DNA from: Myxococcota bacterium
GTDB taxonomy: Bacteria > Myxococcota > Myxococcia > Myxococcales > Myxococcaceae
Length of the DNA: 41,641 nucleotides
Direction of reading: 5' to 3'
NCBI GenBank assembly: GCA_049322255.1
Contig: JBMORE010000053.1
Coordinates: forward strand, 124,001-165,641
Shown here: piece by piece, positions 27,299 through 36,324 of the stretch
Layout: each line of letters starts with the position of its first letter
Position numbering within the stretch: the first letter of the stretch is position 1
The notes under the pieces: model-generated
What the model was told of the DNA's origin: nothing
The model's input: only the letters and a program-made list of their open reading frames with translations
Databases searched by the model: none
Program-made: the position numbers and the translations under genes

Positions 27299-27396
27299 TG
27301 CGACACTGCCCTACTCTTCCGTGGTGCGAGCGAGCCACCTGACGAAGTGGCTCTCCCACGGCTTTGTCCGGCGAACCATTCGCCGGAACGAACGTG

Positions 27397-27942
27397 CTAA
27401 CCGCTGGTCTTCTCCACCTGCATGAAGTCGAGCTCGACCGGCGTGGCGCGGCCGAAGATCGACACCAACACCTTCACCCGGCCCTTGTCCGGGTTCACCT
27501 CTTCCACCGTGCCGTTGAAGTTCGAGAAGGGCCCGTCGATCACCCGCACCGTGTCTCCGTCCTCGAACTGCACCTTGGGCTTGGGCTTGAGCGTGCCCTC
27601 GGAAATCTGCGTGGTGAGCCGCTGCACTTCGGCGTCGGAGATCGGCGGCGGCTGCTGGTTGTGCGCCGCGCCCACGAAGCCGGTCACCTTGGGCGTGTTC
27701 TTCACCAGGTGCCAGGTACGGTCGTTCATCTCCATCTGCACCAGGATGTAGCCGGGGAAGAACTTGCGCTTCGAAGTCTTCTTCTCCCCTTTCACCATCT
27801 CCACCACCTGCTCCATGGGGATGAGGATTTCGCCGAACTTGTCGGCCAGGCCCTCGAGCTTGATCTTCTCCTCCAGGCTCTTCTTCGCCTTGTTCTCGAA
27901 GCCCGAGTACGTGTGAACCACGAACCACTTCATGTCCGGCAT
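27397..27942 (-). CDS. nusG: Transcription termination/antitermination factor NusG
   Basis: [51 protein letters not shown] overlap with secE. Confidence 0.98.
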   Translation of the reverse strand: MPDMKWFVVHTYSGFENKAKKSLEEKIKLEGLADKFGEILIPMEQVVEMVKGEKKTSKRKFFPGYILVQMEMNDRTWHLVKNTPKVTGFVGAAHNQQPPPISDAEVQRLTTQISEGTLKPKPKVQFEDGDTVRVIDGPFSNFNGTVEEVNPDKGRVKVLVSIFGRATPVELDFMQVEKTSG

Positions 27943-28385
27943 CACAGCTTCTCCCACAGCTTGGGCAACCATTCGACCATCACTTGGTAAGAGAAAACGT
28001 CCATCCCGTAGAGAATGAGGGCGGCCACCACCGAGGCGACGACGACGGCGATCGTCGACACGCGCGTCTCGGCCCACGAGGGCCAGGTGACCTTCATCAG
28101 CTCGCTGGCCACCTCCAGCGAAAGCTGCTTGCTCCTGGGGTGCACCCAGGTCCCGACGGCGGCACCCACGGTGAGCGCCACCCCCAAGAGCGTCGTCACC
28201 GTCCAACCCAGCCCCTCGATCACCTCGGCGTTGCGCCAGCCCAGCTGGGCCCAGACCAACCCGAGAACGTGGTTGAGGAGCAGGGCCAGCACGACGCCGG
28301 CCACCAGAAGAAAAATGACCACCAGCCGGCGCGGGTCCATGCCCGACCGGTTGGCCTGCTGACTGGCTTCGGCTGCTGTTGCCAT
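27942..28385 (-). CDS. secE: Preprotein translocase subunit SecE (3-TM form)
   Basis: EVASELMKVTWPSWAE motif plus TM helices; lies between tRNA-Trp and nusG. Confidence 0.95.
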   Translation of the reverse strand: MATAAEASQQANRSGMDPRRLVVIFLLVAGVVLALLLNHVLGLVWAQLGWRNAEVIEGLGWTVTTLLGVALTVGAAVGTWVHPRSKQLSLEVASELMKVTWPSWAETRVSTIAVVVASVVAALILYGMDVFSYQVMVEWLPKLWEKL

Positions 28386-28411
28386 TCGTCCCTATCCGTA
28401 TCCGTCAAAAA

Positions 28412-28487
28412 TGGCAGGCCAGGAGGGATTCGAACCCCCAACACGCGGATTTGGAGACCGCTGCTCTACCGTTGGAGCTACTGGCCT
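28412..28487 (-). tRNA. tRNA-Trp (CCA)
   Basis: AGGCCAG...anticodon loop CTCCAAA...GTTCGAATC...CTGGCCT-G-CCA; 76 nt. Confidence 0.97.
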
Positions 28488-28496
28488 AAAAGACGC

Positions 28497-28661
28497 CTAA
28501 ACCTTGCCTTCCTTGTGGTCGGTGTGCTTGCGGCACCGCGGGCAGAACTTGGAAAGCTCCAGCTTGTCCTGCTGCTTCCGACGGTTCTTCGTCGTGGAGT
28601 AGTTGCGCTCGTGGCACACGCTGCACTCGAGCGAAATGATGCTGCGATTTCCCTTCGGCAT
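28497..28661 (-). CDS. rpmG: 50S ribosomal protein L33 (Zn-binding form)
   Basis: [16 protein letters not shown]...NYSTTKN...[19 protein letters not shown]. Confidence 0.97.
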   Translation of the reverse strand: MPKGNRSIISLECSVCHERNYSTTKNRRKQQDKLELSKFCPRCRKHTDHKEGKV

Positions 28662-28679
28662 ATCCTTCTCACTTCCTAG

Positions 28680-28725
28680 AACAACAAACAGCAAGAGGGG
28701 AAAGCCCGTCGAAGGCTCTCCCCTC
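28680..28725 (-). terminator. Terminator-like hairpin after tuf
   Basis: Minus strand GAGGGGAGAGCC-TTCGACG-GGCTTTCCCCTC followed by TTGCTGTTTGTTGTT. Confidence 0.55.
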
Positions 28726-28755
28726 GGAGTTCGACCTGGCGGACAACCACCGCCC

Positions 28756-29946
28756 TTAGGCGATGATTTCCGACACCACCCCCGCGCCCACCGTGCGGCC
28801 GCCCTCGCGAATGGCGAAGCGCAGCTCCTTCTCCATCGCGATGGGAGTGATGAGCTCCACCTCGATGGCGATGTTGTCGCCCGGCATCACCATTTCCACG
28901 TTGTCCGGCAGCTTCACCGTCCCGGTCACGTCCGTCGTCCGGAAGTAGAACTGCGGCCGGTAGCCCTTGAAGAACGGCGTGTGCCGCCCGCCCTCCTCCT
29001 TGGTCAGCACGTACACCTGCGCCTTGAACTTGGTGTGCGGCGTGATGCTCCCCGGCTTGGCCAACACCTGTCCGCGCTCGATGTCCGTGCGCTTCACTCC
29101 GCGCAAGAGCGCCCCGATGTTGTCCCCCGCCATCCCCTCGTCGAGGAGCTTGCGGAACATCTCCACTCCGGTCACCACCGTCTTCTGCGTGTCCCGTAAG
29201 CCGACGACCTCCACTTCCTCGCCCACCTTGATCTTCCCGCGCTCCACGCGCCCGGTGGCCACCGTGCCGCGGCCTTCGATCGAGAACACGTCCTCCACCG
29301 GCATCAAGAAGGGCTTGTCCGTCGCCCGCTGCGGAGTGGGGATGTAGGTGTCCACCGCCTCCATCAGCTTGAGAATCGCCTTCTCACCGATGTCCGAGGC
29401 GTCACCCTCCAGCGCCTTGAGCGCGCTGCCGGGGATGATGGGAATCTTGTCGCCCGGGAACTCGTACTTCTTGAGCAGGTCGCGCACCTCCATCTCCACC
29501 AGCTCGCGCAGCTCGGGGTCGTCGAGCATGTCGACCTTGTTCAAGAACACCACGATGTAGGGCACGCCTACCTGACGGGCGAGCAAGATGTGCTCACGGG
29601 TCTGCGGCATCGGGCCGTCGGCCGCCGACACCACCAGAATGGCACCGTCCATCTGCGCCGCGCCGGTGATCATGTTCTTCACGTAGTCGGCGTGACCCGG
29701 GCAGTCGACGTGGGCGTAGTGCCGGTTCTTGGTCTGGTACTCCACGTGCGCGGTGGAGATGGTGATACCGCGCTCGCGCTCCTCCGGCGCCTTGTCGATC
29801 TGATCGTAGGCGAGGAAGGTGGCGCCGCCGGTCTTCGCCAGCACCTTGGTGATGGCCGCGGTCAGGGTGGTCTTGCCGTGGTCCACGTGCCCGATGGTGC
29901 CGATGTTCACGTGGGGCTTGGTCCTCTCGAATTTTTCCTTGCTCAT
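28756..29946 (-). CDS. tuf: Elongation factor Tu
   Basis: [34 protein letters not shown]. Confidence 0.99.
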   Translation of the reverse strand: MSKEKFERTKPHVNIGTIGHVDHGKTTLTAAITKVLAKTGGATFLAYDQIDKAPEERERGITISTAHVEYQTKNRHYAHVDCPGHADYVKNMITGAAQMDGAILVVSAADGPMPQTREHILLARQVGVPYIVVFLNKVDMLDDPELRELVEMEVRDLLKKYEFPGDKIPIIPGSALKALEGDASDIGEKAILKLMEAVDTYIPTPQRATDKPFLMPVEDVFSIEGRGTVATGRVERGKIKVGEEVEVVGLRDTQKTVVTGVEMFRKLLDEGMAGDNIGALLRGVKRTDIERGQVLAKPGSITPHTKFKAQVYVLTKEEGGRHTPFFKGYRPQFYFRTTDVTGTVKLPDNVEMVMPGDNIAIEVELITPIAMEKELRFAIREGGRTVGAGVVSEIIA

Positions 29947-29971
29947 TTTGGTGTGTGCTCCCTCTTCGAAA

Positions 29972-30047
29972 TGGAGCCCTGATCCAGGATTGAACTGGAG
30001 ACCTCATCCTTACCAAGGATGCGCTCTGCCATCTGAGCTATCAGGGC
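29972..30047 (-). tRNA. tRNA-Thr (GGT)
   Basis: CATCC-TTGGTAA-GGATG anticodon arm; encoded CCA. Confidence 0.97.
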
Positions 30048-30068
30048 CTTTTGGCCAATGCTTCTATC

Positions 30069-30145
<77 letters not shown>

Positions 30146-30169
30146 CGTGAATTTTGGGTATCCGCTGCT

Positions 30170-30253
30170 TGGAGGGGGTTGGATTCGAACCAACGAAGGC
30201 GTAGAGCCGGCAGATTTACAGTCTGCTCCCTTTGGCCGCTTGGGTACCCCTCC
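30170..30253 (-). tRNA. tRNA-Tyr (GTA)
   Basis: GCAGA-CTGTAAA-TCTGC anticodon arm; long variable arm; CCA not encoded. Confidence 0.96.
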
Positions 30254-30295
30254 GTGTCGTGTCTCCTTCCTCGTTTCTTCAAAATCGCCGGGCGT

Positions 30296-30368
<73 letters not shown>

Positions 30369-30379
30369 AAAGCTTCGAA

Positions 30380-30419
30380 AAAGCGGGGCCTTTTATGAGA
30401 GTCGCGAACGCCAAGTCAA
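30380..30419 (-). promoter_or_regulatory. Putative sigma70 promoter of the tRNA-tuf operon, with GC-rich discriminator
   Basis: TTGACT-N16-CATAAA followed by AGGCCCCGC; overlaps the rlmB stop. Confidence 0.55.
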
Positions 30420-31169
30420 GCGTTGCCTAGCAGCTTCATAGAGCAGCACCCCTGCCGACACCGAGGCATTGAGCGACCCCACCTGGCCCTCCATGGGAAT
30501 CGAGACCTGAAGGTCACAATGGCCCAACACACCCGGGCGCACCCCCGTTCCTTCCGCGCCCACGACGATCGCCAAAGGGCCGTCCAAGGGCGCCTGCCAG
30601 AGGGGCTGGGAGGCGCCGGGCACGGCGGCGACGGTCCACAGGCCTTTTTCCTTGAGCTCCTCGAGCGCGCGGGAGAGGTTGACCACCCGGGCCACCCGGC
30701 AGTGCTCCACCGCTCCGGCCGAGGCCTTGGCCACCGCCCCGCTCATACCGGCCGCACGGTCTTTGGGCACCACCACCCCGTGGGCGCCGAACGCGTGCGC
30801 CGAGCGAATGATCGCCCCTAGGTTCTGCGGGTCCTGAATGCCGTCGAGCACGACGATCAGCGCGGGCCGCCCCGAGGCTCGGGCCGACGTCAACAACTCG
30901 CCGACGTCGGCGTAGGCGTATTCGCGTACCTCGGCCACGAGCCCCTGGTGCACCCCGCCTTCCGCCATGGCGTGGAGCCGCTCGCGGGCGACTCTGTGCA
31001 CCCGCACCCCGGCGTCGCGGGCGCGCGAGAGAACCTCGGCCGCCTGGCCGGGAGCGAGCTGTCCTTCGGCGAGGTAGAGGTGCTCCACCTCCTCGGGGCG
31101 CGCGCGCAACGCCTCGAGCACCGGGTTGACGCCAAAGACGTAGCGGCCGCCGTGCGCTGGTTTCTTCAC
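30393..31169 (-). CDS. rlmB: 23S rRNA (guanosine-2251-2'-O)-methyltransferase
   Basis: FGVNPVLEAL, HQGLVA, LDGIQDPQNLGAIIRSA, KASAGA, VGAEG.G, IPM.G.V.SLNASVS (SPOUT). Confidence 0.93.
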   Translation of the reverse strand: MKKPAHGGRYVFGVNPVLEALRARPEEVEHLYLAEGQLAPGQAAEVLSRARDAGVRVHRVARERLHAMAEGGVHQGLVAEVREYAYADVGELLTSARASGRPALIVVLDGIQDPQNLGAIIRSAHAFGAHGVVVPKDRAAGMSGAVAKASAGAVEHCRVARVVNLSRALEELKEKGLWTVAAVPGASQPLWQAPLDGPLAIVVGAEGTGVRPGVLGHCDLQVSIPMEGQVGSLNASVSAGVLLYEAARQRLTWRSRLS

Positions 31170-31254
31170 ACGCGCCTTCTACTGCGGCCCGCGGTGATTT
31201 GACACGACTGACCGATGCATCGTACGGCTGGCCGCCTTTCTCGGAGGTCTTTTC

Positions 31255-32337
31255 ATGCGTTGGTCCCGCCTGATTGCGTTTTGGACGGCCCTCGCACTGG
31301 CCGCCTGCTCCGGCCGCTCCAGCGTGGTCGATCAAACCAGCGTTCCCGGCGCCGAGACCGCTGCGAGCGCCGATGCCGGAACCAGCGGTGGCGACGGAGG
31401 TGGAAGCATCTTCGACGGAGGCAGCTTCGACGGGGGCTTTTCGCCCACCGACGGCGGCGAAGCCACCGATGCGGGCGCACCGGACGCCGGTCTTCTCGTT
31501 CGCTTCGTGGCGATGGGCGACACCGGGGAGGGCAGCGCCCTGCAAACCAAGGTGGGGAACACCATCGACGCCTTCTGCGCCACCCACGGGTGCGACTTCG
31601 TGCTCCTCCTGGGAGACAACATCTACAGCAGCGGTGTGTCGAGCACGACCGACCCCCAGTGGCAGACCAAGTTCGAGCAGCCCTACGCCAACGTGAACCT
31701 CCCCTTCTGGGCCTCGCTGGGAAACCACGACTACGGGGGCGACGGCGCGGGCTGGGAGCCGGCCAAGGCTCAGCACCAGGTGGACTACACCGCGGTGTCC
31801 ACCAAGTGGAAGATGCCCGCGCACCACTACCGCTTCACCCACAAGCACGTCGAATTCTTCGCCGTCGACTCCAACGCCCAACTGTTCGGCCTGGACAGCC
31901 AGCAACGCTCCGACGTGAGAGGCTGGCTCAACGGCTCGACCGCGACGTGGAAAATCGTCTTCGGCCACCACCCCTACAAGTCCAACGGCCCCCACGGCAA
32001 CGCGGGCACCTACAACGGGCTGCCTCCCTTCACCCCCATCGCTGCGGGACAAGGGGTGAAGTCCTTCGTGGAGTCGGTGACGTGCGGGCGCGCCGATTTC
32101 TATCTCTCCGGGCACGACCACAGCCGCCAGTGGCTCGCCACCCCCTGCCAAGGCACCGAGCTGATCGTCTCAGGAGCGGGAGCGAAGGCCTCCACCCTCG
32201 AGGGGAGCAACCCCACGCACTTCCAGAAGGCCACGGTGGGCTTCCTCTACGTGCGCGTCGAGGGGAAGACACTGACCGCGCAGTTCGTCGACGAAAACGG
32301 AGCGGTGGAGCTCACCCGCTCCGTCACCAAGCCGTAG
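31255..32337 (+). CDS. Metallophosphoesterase lipoprotein (purple / tartrate-resistant acid phosphatase-like)
   Basis: LAA-C lipobox, DAG/DGG low-complexity spacer, GDTG, GDNIY, GNHD, GHHP, GHDH. Confidence 0.92.
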   Translation: MRWSRLIAFWTALALAACSGRSSVVDQTSVPGAETAASADAGTSGGDGGGSIFDGGSFDGGFSPTDGGEATDAGAPDAGLLVRFVAMGDTGEGSALQTKVGNTIDAFCATHGCDFVLLLGDNIYSSGVSSTTDPQWQTKFEQPYANVNLPFWASLGNHDYGGDGAGWEPAKAQHQVDYTAVSTKWKMPAHHYRFTHKHVEFFAVDSNAQLFGLDSQQRSDVRGWLNGSTATWKIVFGHHPYKSNGPHGNAGTYNGLPPFTPIAAGQGVKSFVESVTCGRADFYLSGHDHSRQWLATPCQGTELIVSGAGAKASTLEGSNPTHFQKATVGFLYVRVEGKTLTAQFVDENGAVELTRSVTKP

Positions 32338-32347
32338 CGCGGACGTC

Positions 32348-32842
32348 TTACGAGGGAACGACTTCCTGAGCGCCCCAGCGTGCCGACGCTCCGAGCGAGC
32401 CCCACCAGGAGAAGAGGTCGTGCTTCACCTTGGCCTCGGCGGGGTTGGTCAAGTCGATGTGCACGCCGTTGAGCTTCACCGCCTTGCGGTCGTCGGTCGC
32501 CGCCAAGAGCATGCGCGCCAGCACCGCCTCGCCCGCGGTGTACTTGTTGCCGTCGAAGATGCGCGGAAGGATGGTGTTGGCCACCTCGGAGAGCGAGGTG
32601 CGGCCGCCCGAGCTTTCCGCCTGGAGAATCGCCTGCGCCAGCTTGGCGTCGACCTTGTAGGCCTTGACGCCATTCTTCGCCGACGTCTGCACGTTGGCCC
32701 GTAGGTAATAGCTGCTGCCGCGCTTTTGCAGCTTGGCGCCGCTCTTCATCACCTGATCGAACAGCTGCCGCATCTCACGGACGTCGGCCTGCGCCGATGA
32801 CCGCGAGACAGAGCTCACTTGACTATTGGTTTGGACCTTCAT
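32348..32842 (-). CDS. Hypothetical protein (164 aa)
   Basis: ATG 32842 after GGAGGG; MKVQTNSQVSSVSRSS...; GC3-rich coding pattern. Confidence 0.75.
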   Translation of the reverse strand: MKVQTNSQVSSVSRSSAQADVREMRQLFDQVMKSGAKLQKRGSSYYLRANVQTSAKNGVKAYKVDAKLAQAILQAESSGGRTSLSEVANTILPRIFDGNKYTAGEAVLARMLLAATDDRKAVKLNGVHIDLTNPAEAKVKHDLFSWWGSLGASARWGAQEVVPS

Positions 32843-32871
32843 GGCGAACCCTCCATTTGAGAGACGGGAGT

Positions 32872-33300
32872 CTAATCTACCTCCACCGGTACCGAGATCG
32901 ATTTTTGCTGCCGGGCGCAGACTTTGTCGGTGCAGATGAAGAAGGTCATCTTGGCGTCGACGCTGCCCTTCGCCGCCGTCGACGTGGTGAAGGGCACCTC
33001 GAAGCGCGGATCGGCGTAGGCCTGGCCCTCTTGCTTCTTGGCCACCGAGTCTTTGATCGTCAGCTTCTGCTTCTCGGGGGTGACCTCCTTCCCGAAAAGC
33101 TCGATCTTCAGCGGCGCCTCGTCGGACACGTGCGCGCCGGCCTTGGAGCGAATCTCGATCACCACCTTCCCCTTTTCGCCCGCCTTCACCTTCTGCGAGC
33201 TGCCGGCGGTGGAGATGTCGTAGAGCGTCGAGGGGTCGACGTCCTGTGCGCGCACGGGGACGGCCGACAGGAGCAACAGCGGCACGAGGAACGTCTTCAT
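32872..33300 (-). CDS. Secreted Ig-like protein resembling the DsbD N-terminal domain
   Basis: Sec signal MKTFLVPLLLLSAVPVRA; GAHVS...P, beta-rich body, TFFICTDKVC Cys pair near the C-terminus. Confidence 0.7.
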   Translation of the reverse strand: MKTFLVPLLLLSAVPVRAQDVDPSTLYDISTAGSSQKVKAGEKGKVVIEIRSKAGAHVSDEAPLKIELFGKEVTPEKQKLTIKDSVAKKQEGQAYADPRFEVPFTTSTAAKGSVDAKMTFFICTDKVCARQQKSISVPVEVD

Positions 33301-33344
33301 CAGGCTTCTCCTTGGCGAAGTCACGGCGAAAGGACGGCTTGGGC

Positions 33345-34277
33345 TTACTTTGCTTCAAACACCTGCTTGGGTGCACGCACGCGGCTTGACGCGGCGTGGT
33401 GGTGCTCTTCGACCAACGCCTCGGCGCGCTCGATGATCGCCCCGGCGAGGTCCACTCCGGTGACCGCCTCCATCTCCGGCAGCGCAGGCGAGGCGTTGAC
33501 CTCGAAGACCTTGGGCGCCCCGTTGACGTCGAACAAGTCGACGGCGGCGACCTCCAGACCCACCAGTTGGGCGGTACGCACCGCCGCCTCCCGCTGTGCC
33601 GTGGTGAGGGCGATCGGCTCCAGCCGGGCGCCCCGAATCAGGGTGCGCGCCAAGCGGCCCACCCGCGCCCTGCGCCGCACTCCGGCGAGCACCTTGCCTC
33701 CCACCACGAAGACGCGCACGTCGCGCCCGGAGCGCTTGACGTACTGCTGCACCACCAGGTTGTGCCCCAGACCCAAAATCGCCTCCAGCGCCGCCTCCAA
33801 AGATTGCAGGCTCTCGCACACCATCACCCCGTGTTTCTCCTGCCCCTGGAGCAGCTTCACCAGCACCGGCACCCCGCCCACCAGCGAGACCATCTCCTTC
33901 AAGTCGGCGGCGTCGCGCGCCATCACCGTGGCCGGAATGCCGATGCCGTGGGCCGAGAGCAGCTGGAGCGAGCGCATTTTGTTCCGCGCCTGGGCGATCG
34001 CCTGCGCGTTGTTCATCAGCGGTACGCCTTTGAGCCCGAACTGGTTCACCACCGCCAGCCCGTAGTTGGAAATGGACTGCGCGATGCGCGGTATCACCAC
34101 GTCGGTGCGCGACAGCTTCTTGCGCTGGTAGTAAAGGTTGGCGCTCTTGCCGTCGAGGTGCATCTCGACCTTCACCGGGTTGAGCACCCGCACCTGATGC
34201 CCGCGCGCACGCGCCGCCTCGACCAGCCGGCGAGTGGAGGGAATCGAACCGGAGCGCGACAGGAGGGTGATTTTCAT
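33345..34277 (-). CDS. rimK: RimK-family ATP-grasp alpha-L-glutamate ligase
   Basis: MKITLLSR....STRRLVEAA..RGH, DVVIPRI..SI..YG.AV..QF, RDVRVFVVGGKV, FEVNASP. Confidence 0.85.
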   Translation of the reverse strand: MKITLLSRSGSIPSTRRLVEAARARGHQVRVLNPVKVEMHLDGKSANLYYQRKKLSRTDVVIPRIAQSISNYGLAVVNQFGLKGVPLMNNAQAIAQARNKMRSLQLLSAHGIGIPATVMARDAADLKEMVSLVGGVPVLVKLLQGQEKHGVMVCESLQSLEAALEAILGLGHNLVVQQYVKRSGRDVRVFVVGGKVLAGVRRRARVGRLARTLIRGARLEPIALTTAQREAAVRTAQLVGLEVAAVDLFDVNGAPKVFEVNASPALPEMEAVTGVDLAGAIIERAEALVEEHHHAASSRVRAPKQVFEAK

Positions 34278-34588
34278 CGCCGGTGCTCAAAAAAACCGCC
34301 GCAAGCTACCCAGCGGCACCTCTTGGCGCCCAGTTCTTTTTTCAAAGGGTGCGCGCCCATGTCGCAAACCGTGTGAAGCCGTTTGACGGTGGCTTGCCCG
34401 CCCGGTGAGGAAGCCTGCGAAACCCTTATGGGAAGGAGCCGCCGAAGTCCTACATTCAGCGACATTTTCCCACCGAAAAATGCTTCTTAAGTCTTTGAAA
34501 ACCAAGAGAAAAATCGCAAAATGGGGCTTGCTTGGAGGGTAGGGAGTTGTGCATCATCCGCCGCCTTCAACGCACCAGGAGTCGTCGC

Positions 34589-35959
34589 ATGGCCTCGTTC
34601 CGTTCGGCAGTGTTCCTTGGGATGTTCGCGCTCATCGGTAGCGGTTGCGGCTCGGGAACCTCGACGGTGGGAGGTGGAGGAGGCGGTGGAGGGGGTGGCG
34701 GGGGCGGAGGAGGAGGTGGCGGCGGCGGGACGAGCTGCATCCCCATCACCGAGGTCTGCGACGGCCAGGACAACGACTGCGACGGGCAGGTCGACGAAGG
34801 CTTCGACGTCGATGGCGACACGTACACCTCGTGTAACGGCGACTGCAACGACAACAACCCCAACATCCACCCCAACGCCACCGAGGTTCAGAACGGCGCT
34901 GACGACGACTGCGACGGCAAGATCGACAACCGCATCGCCGGCCTCGACTACGACCAAGACGGCACGCCCTACCCCGCCGACTGCAACGACGAGGAGCCAC
35001 TGGTCGGGCCGCTGGCCATCGAGGTCCCCGGAGACACGGTGGACAACAACTGCAACGGGCAGGTCGACGAGGCGGCCGCGCCCGACTGCGACGCACAAGC
35101 CACCGGCACCACCGCCGGCGACTTCGCCCGCGCGATCGGCATGTGCTCCTACGTCACCGGTTCCCAGTTCGGCGCCGGCGACGCCCAAGCCCGCAGCATC
35201 CGCCCCAAGTTCGGCCAGAGCTGGGTTCCCAAGCAGGGCACCAAGCTCGTCATGTTCTCCTCCGGCTTGGCCAAGGACACCGTCGAAGACCCCAACTACG
35301 CACCACAAGATGGCTACGAGTTCTTCACCAGCGCGGCTCACCCGCTCTACACCGCGCCCCGGTGCGCAGCGTCGGCGAGCGCTCCGCCGGTCTACGACAT
35401 GAGCGAGCTGCGCGTGTCGCTCAAGGTGCCCCAGAACGCCAACAGCTTCAGCTTCCAGTTCAACTTCTTCTCCGCCGAGTACCCCGAGTTCGTCTGTACC
35501 CGGTTCAACGACCGCTTCATCGTCGTGCTCGAGTCGAACGGGCTGGACACCACCAAGCTGCCTGCTGGTCAGTGCAGGAGCGGCACCCCCCGGCCGACCT
35601 GCAACATCTCCTATGACTCCAATGGACAGCCGGTGACCATCAACAACGGGTTCTTCGACTACTGCGTCAGCGCCTCCGGCGTCGGTTGGTCGAACAACTG
35701 CACCAAGGGGACCGCGATGCTCGCCGGCACCGGGTACGATCTGCCTGATCCCACCTTTTCGCAGCCCAACCGAATCGTCGGCGGCGCCACCGGCTGGCTC
35801 ACCACCAAGGCCCCGGTCAAGCCCGGCGAGGAAATCACCCTGCGCTTCATCGTCTTCGACGAGGGCGACGAGATTCTCGACTCGGCGGTGCTGATCGACA
35901 ACTTCAAGTGGGACGCGACGGCGGTGGACAAGCCTGTGACCGACCCGGGCATCAACTGA
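34589..35959 (+). CDS. Lipoprotein with Gly20 linker, three acidic Cys 'putative metal-binding' (MopE-type) repeats and a choice-of-anchor-L-like domain
   Basis: AGGAG RBS; IGSG-C lipobox; EVCDGQDNDCDGQVDEG-type repeats; FNFFSAEYPEFVC..FND, GGATGWL, I.DEGD..LDSAVLIDNF. Confidence 0.85.
   Translation: MASFRSAVFLGMFALIGSGCGSGTSTVGGGGGGGGGGGGGGGGGGGGTSCIPITEVCDGQDNDCDGQVDEGFDVDGDTYTSCNGDCNDNNPNIHPNATEVQNGADDDCDGKIDNRIAGLDYDQDGTPYPADCNDEEPLVGPLAIEVPGDTVDNNCNGQVDEAAAPDCDAQATGTTAGDFARAIGMCSYVTGSQFGAGDAQARSIRPKFGQSWVPKQGTKLVMFSSGLAKDTVEDPNYAPQDGYEFFTSAAHPLYTAPRCAASASAPPVYDMSELRVSLKVPQNANSFSFQFNFFSAEYPEFVCTRFNDRFIVVLESNGLDTTKLPAGQCRSGTPRPTCNISYDSNGQPVTINNGFFDYCVSASGVGWSNNCTKGTAMLAGTGYDLPDPTFSQPNRIVGGATGWLTTKAPVKPGEEITLRFIVFDEGDEILDSAVLIDNFKWDATAVDKPVTDPGIN
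34670..34729 (+). repeat. (GGN)20 poly-glycine tract
   Basis: 20 consecutive Gly codons of mixed sequence. Confidence 0.9.
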
Positions 35960-35965
35960 TCTCCC

Positions 35966-36306
35966 GTGGTTCTCCTGCGGCTGGCGCTCCTTTTCGCAAC
36001 CCACGCAGCGGACGGGGATAAGGCAGAGGTCAGGAGCGCAATGGGATGCGACCATCGAAGTTGCCTCGTTTGCGGCGGACACTGGCTTTGTATTCGGTGG
36101 CCGACGATGGGCTGGGAATCGACATCGGCTACCAGTGGGTCCGGGACAGGCTCTGCATCGCGCTCGTCCTCGGAGTCACCACGGGGTATTGCGTCAATTG
36201 TTCCCCCGACGTGGGCACACCGCTGACCGGCCCAGGCCTTGAGCGAGATGACCACGTCAGCGTCGGCATCAACCCGAGCTTGCTACGGGTAGGGTTTGCC
36301 TACTGA
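35966..36306 (+). pseudogene. Probable eroded outer-membrane beta-barrel gene
   Basis: Signal-like start (VVLLRLALLFATHA) in one frame and a barrel-like C-terminus LGIDIGYQWV...INPSLLRVGFAY* in another. Confidence 0.35.
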
Positions 36307-36324
36307 CCCGCTGCCCAGCCGCTG

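Noticed and set aside
27397..28206. N-terminally extended NusG (269 aa) and similar extensions of RecO, SLT, GlyQ and the protease in the ORF track
   Set aside because: The extensions overlap upstream genes or promoters; internal starts match family N-termini and coupling signals.
34340..34460. Possible c-di-GMP-I or glycine riboswitch (GCAAACC..., GCCGAAG)
   Set aside because: Only isolated short words match; the paired elements and remaining conserved motifs are not evident.
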